This document shows, piece after piece, positions 48,159 to 57,399 of a DNA stretch of 64,000 bases. The position numbers and the translations under genes were made by a program. Position 1 is the stretch's first letter. The number at the start of each line of letters is the position of its first letter. Under the pieces are notes generated by a model. The model saw only the letters and a list, made by a program, of their open reading frames with translations, was not told the origin of the DNA and ran no database searches. The stretch is from a virus (lineage: Duplodnaviria; Heunggongvirae; Uroviricota; Caudoviricetes), in IMG/VR virus record IMGVR_UViG_3300033066_001253, positions 13,223 through 77,222 of that record, one strand, 5' to 3'.

Positions 48159-48398
48159 ATGAAAACAAAAACGTTAAAAAGAGTAAATGTAGCTCCAAGT
48201 TCAACAGAAGGACATTTTATTAAAGGAGCTAAAAAGGTAATTGATTTAGATATGGTTACAGAAACGTTCCTAGTTGAAGGCCCTTCAACACTTGAAACAA
48301 AAAACCATACATCCTTAGAAATTGAAGAAGATTGTTTAATTACTTGTCAAGTAGTTTATAATCCATTTGAAAAGATGTATAGTAAATCAAGAGATTAA
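48159..48398 (+). CDS. hypothetical protein
   Basis: 79-aa ORF. Confidence 0.35.
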   Translation: MKTKTLKRVNVAPSSTEGHFIKGAKKVIDLDMVTETFLVEGPSTLETKNHTSLEIEEDCLITCQVVYNPFEKMYSKSRD

Positions 48399-48402
48399 AT
48401 TA

Positions 48403-48430
48403 GGAGAGGAGTAAAATCCTCTTCTTTGTT
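48403..48430 (+). terminator. rho-independent terminator
   Basis: GGAGAGGA-GTAAAA-TCCTCTTC hairpin followed by TTTGTTT. Confidence 0.5.
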
Positions 48431-48476
48431 TATTAAAATATTTAACTTATATTTAATCAACTTAAAAATAAATAAC

Positions 48477-48644
48477 ATGACAGAGTTCGAAGAAAATCAT
48501 CCAAAACAACTAAAAGAATTTTTACAAAAATTAAATGATTTAGTTGATAAATTCCATCCTAACATCTATTTAATAGATGGTATTTTTAAAGGAGTTCAAC
48601 AAATTGAAGTTGCTGTGTTAGATGAATTAAATAAAGATAAATAA
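48477..48644 (+). CDS. hypothetical protein
   Basis: Track ORF 48426 trimmed to the ATG at 48477, because the upstream part is the promoter motif. Confidence 0.35.
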   Translation: MTEFEENHPKQLKEFLQKLNDLVDKFHPNIYLIDGIFKGVQQIEVAVLDELNKDK

Positions 48645-48645
48645 C

Positions 48646-48846
48646 ATGGAAGATTTATTTCAAGATTATCTTAGGGATTATTATAATGAACCTGAACTAG
48701 AGTTAATTACTATCGGTAAACGCCCCCTTGATAAAAATCCAAATAAGCGTGTTTGGTTTACAGTTCCTGGAGAAACGATGAGAGATACAGATATTTCTGT
48801 GTGGAGACTTTTAGCTTGGGTTTATAAACAACAAAAAATTAAATAA
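48646..48846 (+). CDS. hypothetical protein
   Basis: 66 aa. Confidence 0.35.
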   Translation: MEDLFQDYLRDYYNEPELELITIGKRPLDKNPNKRVWFTVPGETMRDTDISVWRLLAWVYKQQKIK

Positions 48847-49300
48847 CTATGAACTTTCTAAACTTAATATTATTCTTTATATATATGGGTTTTTGTACTA
48901 TTGATGTTTACTCAAAATCATATGTATTTGCTGTTATGTGGGGTTCTTTAGCTTTAATGACTTTAGCCTTTTTTATAATAGGTGAAATTAAAAACTATAT
49001 TAATAAAAAATTATAAATAAAACATTATAAAACAATTCACCTCCCAACAACTATGGGACAAATTTACAAAACTGAATAAAGTAGAACAATATGAAGTTAT
49101 GTCAGGAGCATTAGATTATATGAAGATGTATAATGATAAAACAAAGCAGTTTTGTATATTTAGAGCTATGGGTTATATGGATAGTGGAGCGGATGGATTA
49201 AATTATTACAAATTATAAACGTAATATAATTTATTATAAGCGATTGTCTTGGTAATCCATATAAATCATCATATATTTAAATAAATTAATATAAAACGTT

Positions 49301-49483
49301 ATGACAAATAAAGAAATAGCATTAGAAAAATTGCAAGGTTTAAGAGGTAATTATTGTGATGAAGATATACTTAATTATATAATGAAGAATTATTTATCAG
49401 GTGATGAAGCTCTTAAAGCAATGGATTATGCTGAAGGTGAATTTTATCAAAATGGTGAAGATGAAGAGGAAGAAGAAAATTAA
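49301..49483 (+). CDS. hypothetical acidic protein
   Basis: 60 aa; ends with EDEEEEEN. Confidence 0.3.
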   Translation: MTNKEIALEKLQGLRGNYCDEDILNYIMKNYLSGDEALKAMDYAEGEFYQNGEDEEEEEN

Positions 49484-49497
49484 ATTAATATAATAAC

Positions 49498-49749
49498 ATG
49501 AAAGATGTAATTTATATATGGTATAGAGGTGAAAGTCCAATCAAAGGTAAAATTATTGGACAATTTACTGAAAAAAGTGGAATTACGGATGTTGAAAATA
49601 TTGAAATAGAAACTAAATATAAGAATTTTGATGTTTGGAGAGAAAAGGATACTGACCAGTGGTATGATGAACATTCAAATGAAATATATTTAAGTAGAAT
49701 TAAACCAAAATACAAAAAAGCTAAAATAAATTTCTCAATTTATGACTAA
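49498..49749 (+). CDS. hypothetical protein
   Basis: 83 aa. Confidence 0.35.
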   Translation: MKDVIYIWYRGESPIKGKIIGQFTEKSGITDVENIEIETKYKNFDVWREKDTDQWYDEHSNEIYLSRIKPKYKKAKINFSIYD

Positions 49750-49996
49750 TTCAGATCAACGTCAACACTACATCACCACCAGAACTCAAAACCAACTCGA
49801 CCTAGGCTTAGCTTATGAGTTGTATATGGAAACAGAACATCCAACACCAAAACTACCACTACAACATTTCCAACATTTATTTATGCAGTGGGTTCAATTT
49901 AGTGGTTCTGAATTAGAAAGATATTTCCAACATTATGATCAAAAATTTAATGTTAGAAAATTAACTAAGAAAGATGGAAGTGTGATATTTTTATAG
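49742..49996 (+). CDS. hypothetical protein
   Basis: 84 aa; slightly GC-richer. Confidence 0.35.
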   Translation: MTNSDQRQHYITTRTQNQLDLGLAYELYMETEHPTPKLPLQHFQHLFMQWVQFSGSELERYFQHYDQKFNVRKLTKKDGSVIFL

Positions 49997-50043
49997 GCGA
50001 GGTTTTATAAATTGTATTTCATATGTTTATATAAATTAAAGCA

Positions 50044-50268
50044 ATGGAAAAAATAGATTGTCATAGTTCAACTCCTAAACAAGATTTAATTGATTTTGTA
50101 AAACGTAATAAAGGTAAAATTATATCACTTCATTGGGAAGGAAACATGTATGATATTTGGGGTGATGATGATATAACTGAATATGACACAAATGTACCAG
50201 AACTTTACATACAAATATTGGAATCAATTAAAAATCATTATATACATGGTATAAAATGTATTAATTAG
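50044..50268 (+). CDS. hypothetical protein
   Basis: 74 aa. Confidence 0.35.
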   Translation: MEKIDCHSSTPKQDLIDFVKRNKGKIISLHWEGNMYDIWGDDDITEYDTNVPELYIQILESIKNHYIHGIKCIN

Positions 50269-50331
50269 ATTTTTAAAATATATTCGTTGTTTTATAAAAC
50301 TTAAATCGTATAGTTACTCAAAATTAAGGTT

Positions 50332-50583
50332 ATGAAAAAGATAAAATTTGAAGAGTTAAAACAATCTATTTTTGATGAAGAATTAGCTTTATTAGAAGAT
50401 ATGTATTCTGATAAACAATTAACTTATGATGAAAAAGAGAAATCATCACTCGAAATTATAGCTGAATTTGAATTAATAAATGATTTAAATAATCTACACG
50501 ATTATTTGATGGGGTGTGGGTTTGATGAGGATTTAGCTTATGAAAGAATTATTAATCATTTAGTAGAAGAACCTAAACCCTAA
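50332..50583 (+). CDS. hypothetical protein
   Basis: 83 aa; promoter TCGTTG ... CGTATAGTTACTC ... AAGGTTATG upstream. Confidence 0.35.
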   Translation: MKKIKFEELKQSIFDEELALLEDMYSDKQLTYDEKEKSSLEIIAEFELINDLNNLHDYLMGCGFDEDLAYERIINHLVEEPKP

Positions 50584-50587
50584 CATT

Positions 50588-50986
50588 ATGAACCCATTTA
50601 ATAAACCATTCAACGATTGGACTGTAAATGATTTTAACGAAGCTAAAAAAATCACTAATCCAATCAAAATAAAACAAATTGCTACTAAACATAAAGTAGA
50701 TGATTCGGAATTAATACAATTAGAAGAATTCAAAGCTAAAGACTGGAATGAATTAAATCAAAACCTAAAGGAGAGATTTGGAACAGGTTCATTTAGATTC
50801 TTCAATAATAAACGAGTTAATCACAGGATGATTAAAATATGTGCTGACCATGAAACAATTAAAATATTCGATTATTTAAAATATAATTATCCAGAATTCG
50901 AACCTACATATTTTGATTTTAAAAAAGAAAAATGGCCAAATCGAAGAGCGATTTCAACATTTGTAACTATTAAATGTCCTTTATAA
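50588..50986 (+). CDS. hypothetical protein
   Basis: 132 aa. Confidence 0.35.
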   Translation: MNPFNKPFNDWTVNDFNEAKKITNPIKIKQIATKHKVDDSELIQLEEFKAKDWNELNQNLKERFGTGSFRFFNNKRVNHRMIKICADHETIKIFDYLKYNYPEFEPTYFDFKKEKWPNRRAISTFVTIKCPL

Positions 50987-51044
50987 TCGTGGCTCTAAAA
51001 AAACTATATCGTATATTTACTTTCATAATAATAAAAATGATAAG

Positions 51045-51227
51045 ATGAGTAAAACAATCAACGATTTTATAAAAGAATTACAACGGATTAGTCCTGATAA
51101 ACGTGAATTACCTTTAGTAATAGGATTACCAAATGGTGAAGTTGGAGAACCTGAAATAAAAATGTTTTGGGAAAATCCAATGGATATGATGAAAAAAGGT
51201 CCTAATAAAATGATTATAACTTATTAA
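51045..51227 (+). CDS. hypothetical protein
   Basis: 60 aa. Confidence 0.3.
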   Translation: MSKTINDFIKELQRISPDKRELPLVIGLPNGEVGEPEIKMFWENPMDMMKKGPNKMIITY

Positions 51228-51316
51228 AAATCCAAAATAGTTAGTAGGAAGACACAATAATAGTTCAAATAACATCCTAACAGAATATCTTATTAACTTA
51301 TTAAAATAAAAATATT

Positions 51317-51697
51317 ATGAAACTAACAAAGGAATGGTTAAAAGAAAATTGTGATAGATATCTTTATGATGTGACTGATTTTTATTGTTTTGGTAAAGGA
51401 GATCATGAATTTTATTTAAGACCGAGTGGTGGTGGAGAATATGGTTTTTATTGGGGTGTTGGTTGTCCTGAATTAGGAAGTAATTCTCAAGAAATGTATG
51501 ATTGTCAGGAAATAATTACACTCCAAGACCTAAAAATACTTAAAACAATGTGTTTAGGAAACCGAGACGATAGAGATATGTTAGTAAAAACATTATTCTT
51601 AGATTTATCAGTTGAAGAATGTCTTGATTTATATAAAATTAAATTAGATATTGAGAAACAAAGATTAAGTGAATTTGCTAAAAGTCTTGGTAAATAG
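51317..51697 (+). CDS. hypothetical protein
   Basis: 126 aa. Confidence 0.35.
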   Translation: MKLTKEWLKENCDRYLYDVTDFYCFGKGDHEFYLRPSGGGEYGFYWGVGCPELGSNSQEMYDCQEIITLQDLKILKTMCLGNRDDRDMLVKTLFLDLSVEECLDLYKIKLDIEKQRLSEFAKSLGK

Positions 51698-51741
51698 TTT
51701 AAATTAACGTATGTTTAACTTATAAATTTAAAATAAAAGTT

Positions 51742-52104
51742 ATGGAAAATCCAATCATTAAAAAACAATCAAAACACACTAGTTTTAGTATGTTTTTAAG
51801 TGTTAATACCAAAACACAGATTAATTCAACTTTGAAAGCAGAAATTGATTTTCAAGTTATTATTTGTTTTGATGAGAATGATAAACCAGTTATTGAACAA
51901 CCTGAACCAATGGAAATTATTGAGTTAGAATTTATGGGAAATAAAATTCCTGGAAGTACTGATAATATGAAAGAAACCATAAAGTTTTTGAAAGATCAAA
52001 TGAATATTGATGTTTGGAGAGTATGTTCTGAAAAATTGGAAAGTAAAATTGAAAAAATAGGAATATCTAAATTTGTAGAACAACAAACCAAAATTAAAAT
52101 ATAA
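51742..52104 (+). CDS. hypothetical protein
   Basis: 120 aa; promoter CGTATGTTTAACTTATAAATTT upstream. Confidence 0.35.
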   Translation: MENPIIKKQSKHTSFSMFLSVNTKTQINSTLKAEIDFQVIICFDENDKPVIEQPEPMEIIELEFMGNKIPGSTDNMKETIKFLKDQMNIDVWRVCSEKLESKIEKIGISKFVEQQTKIKI

Positions 52105-52110
52105 AAGGTT

Positions 52111-52371
52111 ATGAAACAACAAGAAAAACAACCCCTCGACTCTAATTCCAAAAAGAAAATTAGAGCATTCATAATAGTAATTGGAATCCTAATTGGAGTA
52201 GGATTAATTGCTGAAAAAATAAATCCCTCACCAACAGCTTGTGACTGTATGAAAAACCTAGATAAAGGTTATTATGACTTACTAAGCAAACCGGATAAAG
52301 AAGTAAGAAATTATTGTAATGACAAGTATGCAGGAAGTGCTACGATGTGGTTAGAATGTAATGGAAAATAA
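52111..52371 (+). CDS. hypothetical membrane-anchored Cys-containing protein
   Basis: 86 aa with one TM segment. Confidence 0.35.
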   Translation: MKQQEKQPLDSNSKKKIRAFIIVIGILIGVGLIAEKINPSPTACDCMKNLDKGYYDLLSKPDKEVRNYCNDKYAGSATMWLECNGK

Positions 52372-52374
52372 ATT

Positions 52375-52409
52375 AAACGAAGCCCTAATAAGGGCTTTCG
52401 TTGTTTTAT
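52375..52409 (+). terminator. rho-independent terminator overlapping the next promoter -33 element
   Basis: AAACGAAGCCC-TAATAA-GGGCTTTCGTT hairpin then GTTTTAT. The 3' arm contains the TCGTTG of the downstream promoter. Confidence 0.6.
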
Positions 52410-52438
52410 AAAATATATTTCGTATGTTTAGAGTATAA
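52398..52438 (+). promoter_or_regulatory. conserved phage promoter
   Basis: TCGTTG 52398-52403; CGTATGTTTA 52421-52430; ATG 52450. Confidence 0.5.
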
Positions 52439-52449
52439 AATTAGATAAT

Positions 52450-52881
52450 ATGATAGCTAATAAAGAAATAAATCCTCTCAAACACCTTCAAGGAAACGAT
52501 TTAAAAGTATTTAAATTTGTTACTTATGAAATGGGAGAACAATTTTATGATTATGATTGGTTTAGTCGTTCTTGTGAAAGACAAAGAATGGACCCTATTA
52601 TAACATGTATAATTGATCAACAGCTAAATCAATGGGGAGGTCCTTCATGTTTAAAACCAGAATGTAGATTGGAGAAGGAATTATTTGTATTTTTAAATAA
52701 TCAAGATGGTAAAGGTTATATTGAAATTGAAATGGATTTAACTTCAGGTGGCTATCTAACTAATGTTGAACCATCTAGTCATGGTTGGCCTGCATCTTAT
52801 GGTTTTGAGGTTTATTCATACGATATGAAAAAATGTGAAGTGAAATATTGTGAAAAATTCTTTAGATTTCTTATTGGATAA
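52450..52881 (+). CDS. hypothetical Cys-rich protein
   Basis: 143 aa. Confidence 0.35.
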   Translation: MIANKEINPLKHLQGNDLKVFKFVTYEMGEQFYDYDWFSRSCERQRMDPIITCIIDQQLNQWGGPSCLKPECRLEKELFVFLNNQDGKGYIEIEMDLTSGGYLTNVEPSSHGWPASYGFEVYSYDMKKCEVKYCEKFFRFLIG

Positions 52882-52934
52882 TATCGAGGTTTTATAATTA
52901 ATAAATCATATATTTAACTTATAAATTAAATAAC

Positions 52935-53294
52935 ATGGAAAATAAATTAATAGGTAAATATGCTGGTGTTGATACTAGAAAAGTATTGAAAGAAGATTAT
53001 AATAAAAAATATTTTGTTATAACTAAATGTATTGATTCTTATGCTGAAGGAATAACAGGAACTTCATACTATTGTACTGTGTTAACTAATGATGATAAGG
53101 GATTTGATAATAAAAAAGATGCAAAGATATTATTAAATGAAAGAAAGAAAGAGTTAAAAACAAAAATAACACAAAAAGATAGAGGTTATGGAAGTTTAGG
53201 TAGATTTTACACTCATTTAATAATGAGTAATGATGAATTAGTTAATTTTATGGAAAATAATAGATATCCAATTTATTCAATAAATTTTAAATAA
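52935..53294 (+). CDS. hypothetical protein
   Basis: 119 aa. Confidence 0.35.
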   Translation: MENKLIGKYAGVDTRKVLKEDYNKKYFVITKCIDSYAEGITGTSYYCTVLTNDDKGFDNKKDAKILLNERKKELKTKITQKDRGYGSLGRFYTHLIMSNDELVNFMENNRYPIYSINFK

Positions 53295-53295
53295 C

Positions 53296-53493
53296 ATGAC
53301 AATATTAGATATGTTTAAGGAACTTAATAGTTTTGTTCCTTGCAGTAAATACTTTGTTCAAGCAAGTAAATCAAAAATTACTACCGAAAACGATGATGAA
53401 TTTGCTTGGTTAGTAAAAGATTGGACTCATGGTGTTTATGATGAAGACCCAATGACGTTAGTTTATGAATTGTTAAATTTAATTGAGAAATAA
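53296..53493 (+). CDS. hypothetical protein
   Basis: 65 aa. Confidence 0.3.
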   Translation: MTILDMFKELNSFVPCSKYFVQASKSKITTENDDEFAWLVKDWTHGVYDEDPMTLVYELLNLIEK

Positions 53494-53494
53494 A

Positions 53495-53707
53495 ATGGAA
53501 TTTACATTAGGATTTGGAGAATTTATTGGAAAAAATATCACCTTAAGAGATGAAGGAAAATATTATTGTGGAGATTACATTGAAGGAAGATATTATAGTG
53601 GGAAATTTGGAGGAACAATAAGTGATGATAGAGGAATATGGTTTATAGTTGATGATAAAAAAATTAAAGTATCAAACACAACAAAGATTAAATTTGATAT
53701 CAAATAA
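53495..53707 (+). CDS. hypothetical protein
   Basis: Track ORF 53483 trimmed to the ATG at 53495 (TAAAATGG) to avoid overlap. Confidence 0.3.
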   Translation: MEFTLGFGEFIGKNITLRDEGKYYCGDYIEGRYYSGKFGGTISDDRGIWFIVDDKKIKVSNTTKIKFDIK

Positions 53708-53915
53708 AATCGTTGCTACTTAAACTAACTCCCGTATAGTTAACTCAAATAAAAAGATATGTACTCAATAAACTGTAATTATTACCAAAAACAATTCAAA
53801 TCAATTGCTTTGTTAATTCAAGATGTTATTGATTCAGGACAAGATCCAAATTATGAAATAACACACAACGGAAAGAGAACAGGTGAAATATTAAACGATT
53901 TAATACAATATTAAT

Positions 53916-54113
53916 ATGAGCTATCCAAGAATAGATAAACATTCAGTCGAGAGAATCGAAGGAAGTTGTAATATGAAAGCACTTGAAAACTTCAAAAAAT
54001 CATTCAAGCAAATTGCTGATGAAATGATTAAGGAAGGGTTTGATGTTCAAGATGTTCATGATTATTTAGTACAAACTATTGAAGAACACTTGACTGAATT
54101 AGATGATGAATAA
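53916..54113 (+). CDS. hypothetical protein
   Basis: 65 aa. Confidence 0.3.
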   Translation: MSYPRIDKHSVERIEGSCNMKALENFKKSFKQIADEMIKEGFDVQDVHDYLVQTIEEHLTELDDE

Positions 54114-54114
54114 A

Positions 54115-54150
54115 TCGTTGTTATAAGTAAAACAATTCGTATAGTTATAT
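54115..54150 (+). promoter_or_regulatory. conserved phage promoter
   Basis: TCGTTG 54115-54120, 19-nt spacer, CGTATAGTTA 54138-54147, AAGGTTATG start at 54164. Confidence 0.5.
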
Positions 54151-54163
54151 AAATAAAAAGGTT

Positions 54164-54418
54164 ATGATAACAATAGATAAATTAACTCAAGTTAATGGTA
54201 ATTCATTAAATCACCCTCGTTATGTTGTTGGTTGGTGGTGTTTAGGATTTAAAACCTACGAAGAAACAATTCAAAAATGTAAAGAATTGGGTGGTAAAAA
54301 ATTTCACAATAAACAATTTGGAGGTGGTATTGTTTTTGTTTCATGGAATAAACATGAATTAATTAACCAACTTAACGAATTAATAAGAAGGAATCAAGAT
54401 ATTGTCGAGATTAATTAA
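54164..54418 (+). CDS. hypothetical protein
   Basis: 84 aa. Confidence 0.35.
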   Translation: MITIDKLTQVNGNSLNHPRYVVGWWCLGFKTYEETIQKCKELGGKKFHNKQFGGGIVFVSWNKHELINQLNELIRRNQDIVEIN

Positions 54419-54445
54419 ATTAATATTCGTATAGTTATATTATAA
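54405..54445 (+). promoter_or_regulatory. conserved phage promoter
   Basis: GTCGAGA ... CGTATAGTTATATTATAAAATTAATAATTAAGGTTATG. Confidence 0.45.
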
Positions 54446-54462
54446 AATTAATAATTAAGGTT

Positions 54463-54708
54463 ATGAAATTAGAATTAAACCGAGAAGGTAAAAAATTAGT
54501 TAAAGAACTAAAAAAACTCCATGATATGATGGATGATTTTGGTTGTAGTTTTGAACATCTTCATGAAAATGATAATGAAAAATATTGTCTTGCTAATTCA
54601 TTAAGAGAAATGATTGATGAAAAATATTCTAAAGAAGAATATATGGAAATGTACGAATTGGATGAGGATGAATTTGAGATTTATGAACCATACCTAAAAC
54701 AAAACTAA
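54463..54708 (+). CDS. hypothetical acidic protein
   Basis: 81 aa. Confidence 0.35.
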   Translation: MKLELNREGKKLVKELKKLHDMMDDFGCSFEHLHENDNEKYCLANSLREMIDEKYSKEEYMEMYELDEDEFEIYEPYLKQN

Positions 54709-54709
54709 T

Positions 54710-54925
54710 ATGAAAACAATTAAAGCCAAAGACCTAAAAATAGGTGATAAAATATTTGATATCCCTCCAGGAGATATTGATAGATTACAATTTGAAGTAA
54801 TAGGAATGGATGAAAATGATATCCATTTAAAACCATTATCTGATGATTTACATGGTTATATTTTTGATAAAGATAAAGATTATATGAGTTTTCCTATTGG
54901 GATGGATGATTGGTACTTAGTTTAA
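54710..54925 (+). CDS. hypothetical protein
   Basis: 71 aa. Confidence 0.3.
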   Translation: MKTIKAKDLKIGDKIFDIPPGDIDRLQFEVIGMDENDIHLKPLSDDLHGYIFDKDKDYMSFPIGMDDWYLV

Positions 54926-54985
54926 TTATCGAGGCTCAACTAAAATAATTTCGTATAGTTATATAACTTAAAAAACATAAATAAT

Positions 54986-55366
54986 ATGGAAATTAAATTA
55001 ACACCTAAGGAATCAGAAGATTACTTCTACAATGCTTTATGTAACGGTTTAGGTTATATTAGTGGATATGGTTTAGCAGTTGATTATGATACAAAAGAAT
55101 ATCAAGCAGCTAAAAAATCATTAGGAGGATCACCATGCTACGAAGATGTGTTTATGGAAATGCTTCGAAAAGGAGGTAAATTAACATTAGTTGATGAAGA
55201 ATGTGATGGAGAATATACACGTTCAATCACATTAAAAGAAATACATGAACGAGTTCAAAAAACAGATTCTGACCACTTATTAGCTATGGTTAATGAAAAT
55301 GATGATGCAACGACAGCAGATGTTATTCTCCAAACAGTGTTTTTTGAGGAAATAATATTTGGCTAG
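54986..55366 (+). CDS. hypothetical protein
   Basis: 126 aa. Confidence 0.35.
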   Translation: MEIKLTPKESEDYFYNALCNGLGYISGYGLAVDYDTKEYQAAKKSLGGSPCYEDVFMEMLRKGGKLTLVDEECDGEYTRSITLKEIHERVQKTDSDHLLAMVNENDDATTADVILQTVFFEEIIFG

Positions 55367-55400
55367 ATTATTAATAAAACATTTCGTATAGTTACCTCAA
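55358..55400 (+). promoter_or_regulatory. conserved phage promoter
   Basis: TTGGCTAGA ... CGTATAGTTA (55385-55394) ... ATG 55411. Confidence 0.45.
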
Positions 55401-55410
55401 ATAAAGAGAT

Positions 55411-55698
55411 ATGAAAAATATTAAAACATACAACCAAGTCAAAGTAGGTGATATAGCAATGGAACACCCCCATGCAGGTGGGTTCTATGATCATGAACTA
55501 GGTAAAATAGTATGGAAAGGTACTGCAGATGAATTGAGAAAATCAAAATGGGTTGATTTAATAATGGATTGGGAAACCGAAAAAGAATATATTGATGACT
55601 ATGATTTAGTAATAGTTAAGATGGAAGGTGATTTCCCTGATAATATATTATTCAGTTATGATAACGATCCTTGTAGTTGTGTAGTATTTGAAAAATAA
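55411..55698 (+). CDS. hypothetical protein
   Basis: 95 aa. Confidence 0.35.
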   Translation: MKNIKTYNQVKVGDIAMEHPHAGGFYDHELGKIVWKGTADELRKSKWVDLIMDWETEKEYIDDYDLVIVKMEGDFPDNILFSYDNDPCSCVVFEK

Positions 55699-55756
55699 TT
55701 TGGCTAGGTTTAATAAATAATAATTCGTATAGTTAAATATATTAAAAATTAAGGTT

Positions 55757-56053
55757 ATGTCAAAATATAAGGAATTAAGGTTAAATCCACCCAAATTAAC
55801 AATTAAAAAGGATGCTCGTGAAGTAATTTTTACAACAGTATCATGCATGTGTGATAACATTCACTATATAACATTTAAAAAGAATGAAAGTGGTGATTTT
55901 AAAATGGATGGTGGAGGATTTGCACTAAGCAATTGGCAAATGAAACACCCTAAACACGATATTGAATGGGAAGCAGATGCAGGAGAATGGCAAGGTGTAA
56001 TAGCTATGATAAATTCAGGTACTAAAGCTGTATCAGAGGTAAAAAGCAGATAA
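55757..56053 (+). CDS. hypothetical protein
   Basis: 98 aa. Confidence 0.35.
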   Translation: MSKYKELRLNPPKLTIKKDAREVIFTTVSCMCDNIHYITFKKNESGDFKMDGGGFALSNWQMKHPKHDIEWEADAGEWQGVIAMINSGTKAVSEVKSR

Positions 56054-56059
56054 TATAAG

Positions 56060-56100
56060 TCGAGGTTTAATAAATAACAATTCGTATAGTTAAATATATT
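56060..56100 (+). promoter_or_regulatory. conserved phage promoter
   Basis: TCGAGG 56060-56065 ... CGTATAGTTA 56083-56092 ... AAAGGTTATG at 56114. Near-identical to the copy at 55700-55756. Confidence 0.5.
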
Positions 56101-56113
56101 AAAAATAAAGGTT

Positions 56114-56410
56114 ATGTCTAAAACAAAACAACCAAAATTCATTCAAGTATCACCTAACGAAGTTAAATTCGAATACAAGGGATATAAGTTCTTATTAATT
56201 GAACAAGACAGAGGTGTGTACTCGGCAGGTAGAGCAGTCCAGTTATACCAAACAGATGGATTGGATAAAAAACATATTAAGGAAATGGGTTGGACTAAAA
56301 ATGATAATTATCGTGGGATGGAATCATCTGATGCTCATTATAAATCAAGATTAACAACAATGGATGGTTGTAAGAGTATAGCCCAAGATTATTTAGATAA
56401 ACTGTTATAA
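56114..56410 (+). CDS. hypothetical protein
   Basis: 98 aa. Confidence 0.35.
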   Translation: MSKTKQPKFIQVSPNEVKFEYKGYKFLLIEQDRGVYSAGRAVQLYQTDGLDKKHIKEMGWTKNDNYRGMESSDAHYKSRLTTMDGCKSIAQDYLDKLL

Positions 56411-56463
56411 TATAAGTCGAGGTTTATAATAAATCGATTCGTATGTTTACCAAAATTAAGGAT

Positions 56464-56748
56464 ATGATAAAATTAACAAAATTATTTAAACAACACAATG
56501 GGGGGGAATTTGGTTTAGGTTGTGCTCAAATCCATTCAAACCATTATGAATGTTCATTAGAACACATATTAAATATGGTTAATGAATTAAAAAAAGATTT
56601 CCCAAATATTAAGGATGAAGATATTAAAATTCAAAAATATGGTGGAAACCGAATAAAAGGAATAACATTTGTTGAAGTATTTTTTACTACTAAAGTAAAA
56701 ATACCTGAAGGTTATCAAGAAATAACTCAATTAGAATATATTTTATAA
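56464..56748 (+). CDS. hypothetical protein
   Basis: Track ORF 56443 trimmed: its first ATG lies inside the CGTATGTTTACC promoter element. Real start AAGGATATG at 56464. Confidence 0.35.
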   Translation: MIKLTKLFKQHNGGEFGLGCAQIHSNHYECSLEHILNMVNELKKDFPNIKDEDIKIQKYGGNRIKGITFVEVFFTTKVKIPEGYQEITQLEYIL

Positions 56749-56821
56749 ATTAATAGGGTATAATGTAAATAGTGGTAAGACATAAACATGGTTCCGGTAA
56801 GGGATGATGGTTTACAAAATG

Positions 56822-56882
56822 GATGTGGTGACACAAGCCGAGGTAGGTTCGAATCCTACCATACCTTATTATTTTTTAAATC
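56822..56882 (+). ncRNA. tRNA-like element (canonical T-arm GTAGG-TTCGAAT-CCTAC, upstream cloverleaf not resolved)
   Basis: GGTAGGTTCGAATCCTACC at 56853-56871 is a textbook T-stem-loop inside an about 190-nt ORF-free gap. I could not pair a complete acceptor stem by eye. Confidence 0.3.
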
Positions 56883-56965
56883 TGAAGCAGAGAAATTAAT
56901 AATAATCCAGGTCGTGGTTACTCAACAATCAAATCGTATAATTACATTATAATAAAACAAATAAT

Positions 56966-57148
56966 ATGGTATCTCAATCCCAACATATATTACTAAAAAT
57001 AGATCAATTATTACAAAATAAAGAATTTATCAGGGAAACAGAATTGGATGATATGGAACCCAACCAACGATTTATATTTATGTGTAAAAATTATAATGAT
57101 GAAGATGTGGATCAAATGTATTATGAGGTGTTTGGGTTAGAGTATTAA
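56966..57148 (+). CDS. hypothetical protein
   Basis: 60 aa. Confidence 0.3.
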   Translation: MVSQSQHILLKIDQLLQNKEFIRETELDDMEPNQRFIFMCKNYNDEDVDQMYYEVFGLEY

Positions 57149-57190
57149 TCGAGGCTAATCAAATAACGTTTCGTATGTTTAACTTATAAG
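57149..57190 (+). promoter_or_regulatory. conserved phage promoter
   Basis: TCGAGG 57149-57154 ... CGTATGTTTAACTTATAAGATTAATAA ... AAGGTTATG at 57217. Confidence 0.5.
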
Positions 57191-57216
57191 ATTAATAATT
57201 AAATAAAATTAAGGTT

Positions 57217-57399
57217 ATGGATATTCAAGAAGAACAATTACGAGCAATGGTTAAATTATTAAGAACAACCATTACCAAAATGGAAAATATAATTGGAACT
57301 AATTGTCAAATAACAAGTATTGATGTAGGTGGGATGATTAGTTCATTACAAGATGACCTACATGAGGTAGAAATTGAGTTACATGACACTGTTAATTAA
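57217..57399 (+). CDS. hypothetical protein
   Basis: 60 aa. Confidence 0.3.
   Translation: MDIQEEQLRAMVKLLRTTITKMENIIGTNCQITSIDVGGMISSLQDDLHEVEIELHDTVN

Noticed and set aside
56750-56940. Calling the T-arm element an integration site (attP) of a temperate phage
   Set aside because: No integrase, excisionase or repressor-like gene is recognisable anywhere in the 64 kb, and no complete tRNA 3' half could be verified. Reported only as a tRNA-like fragment.
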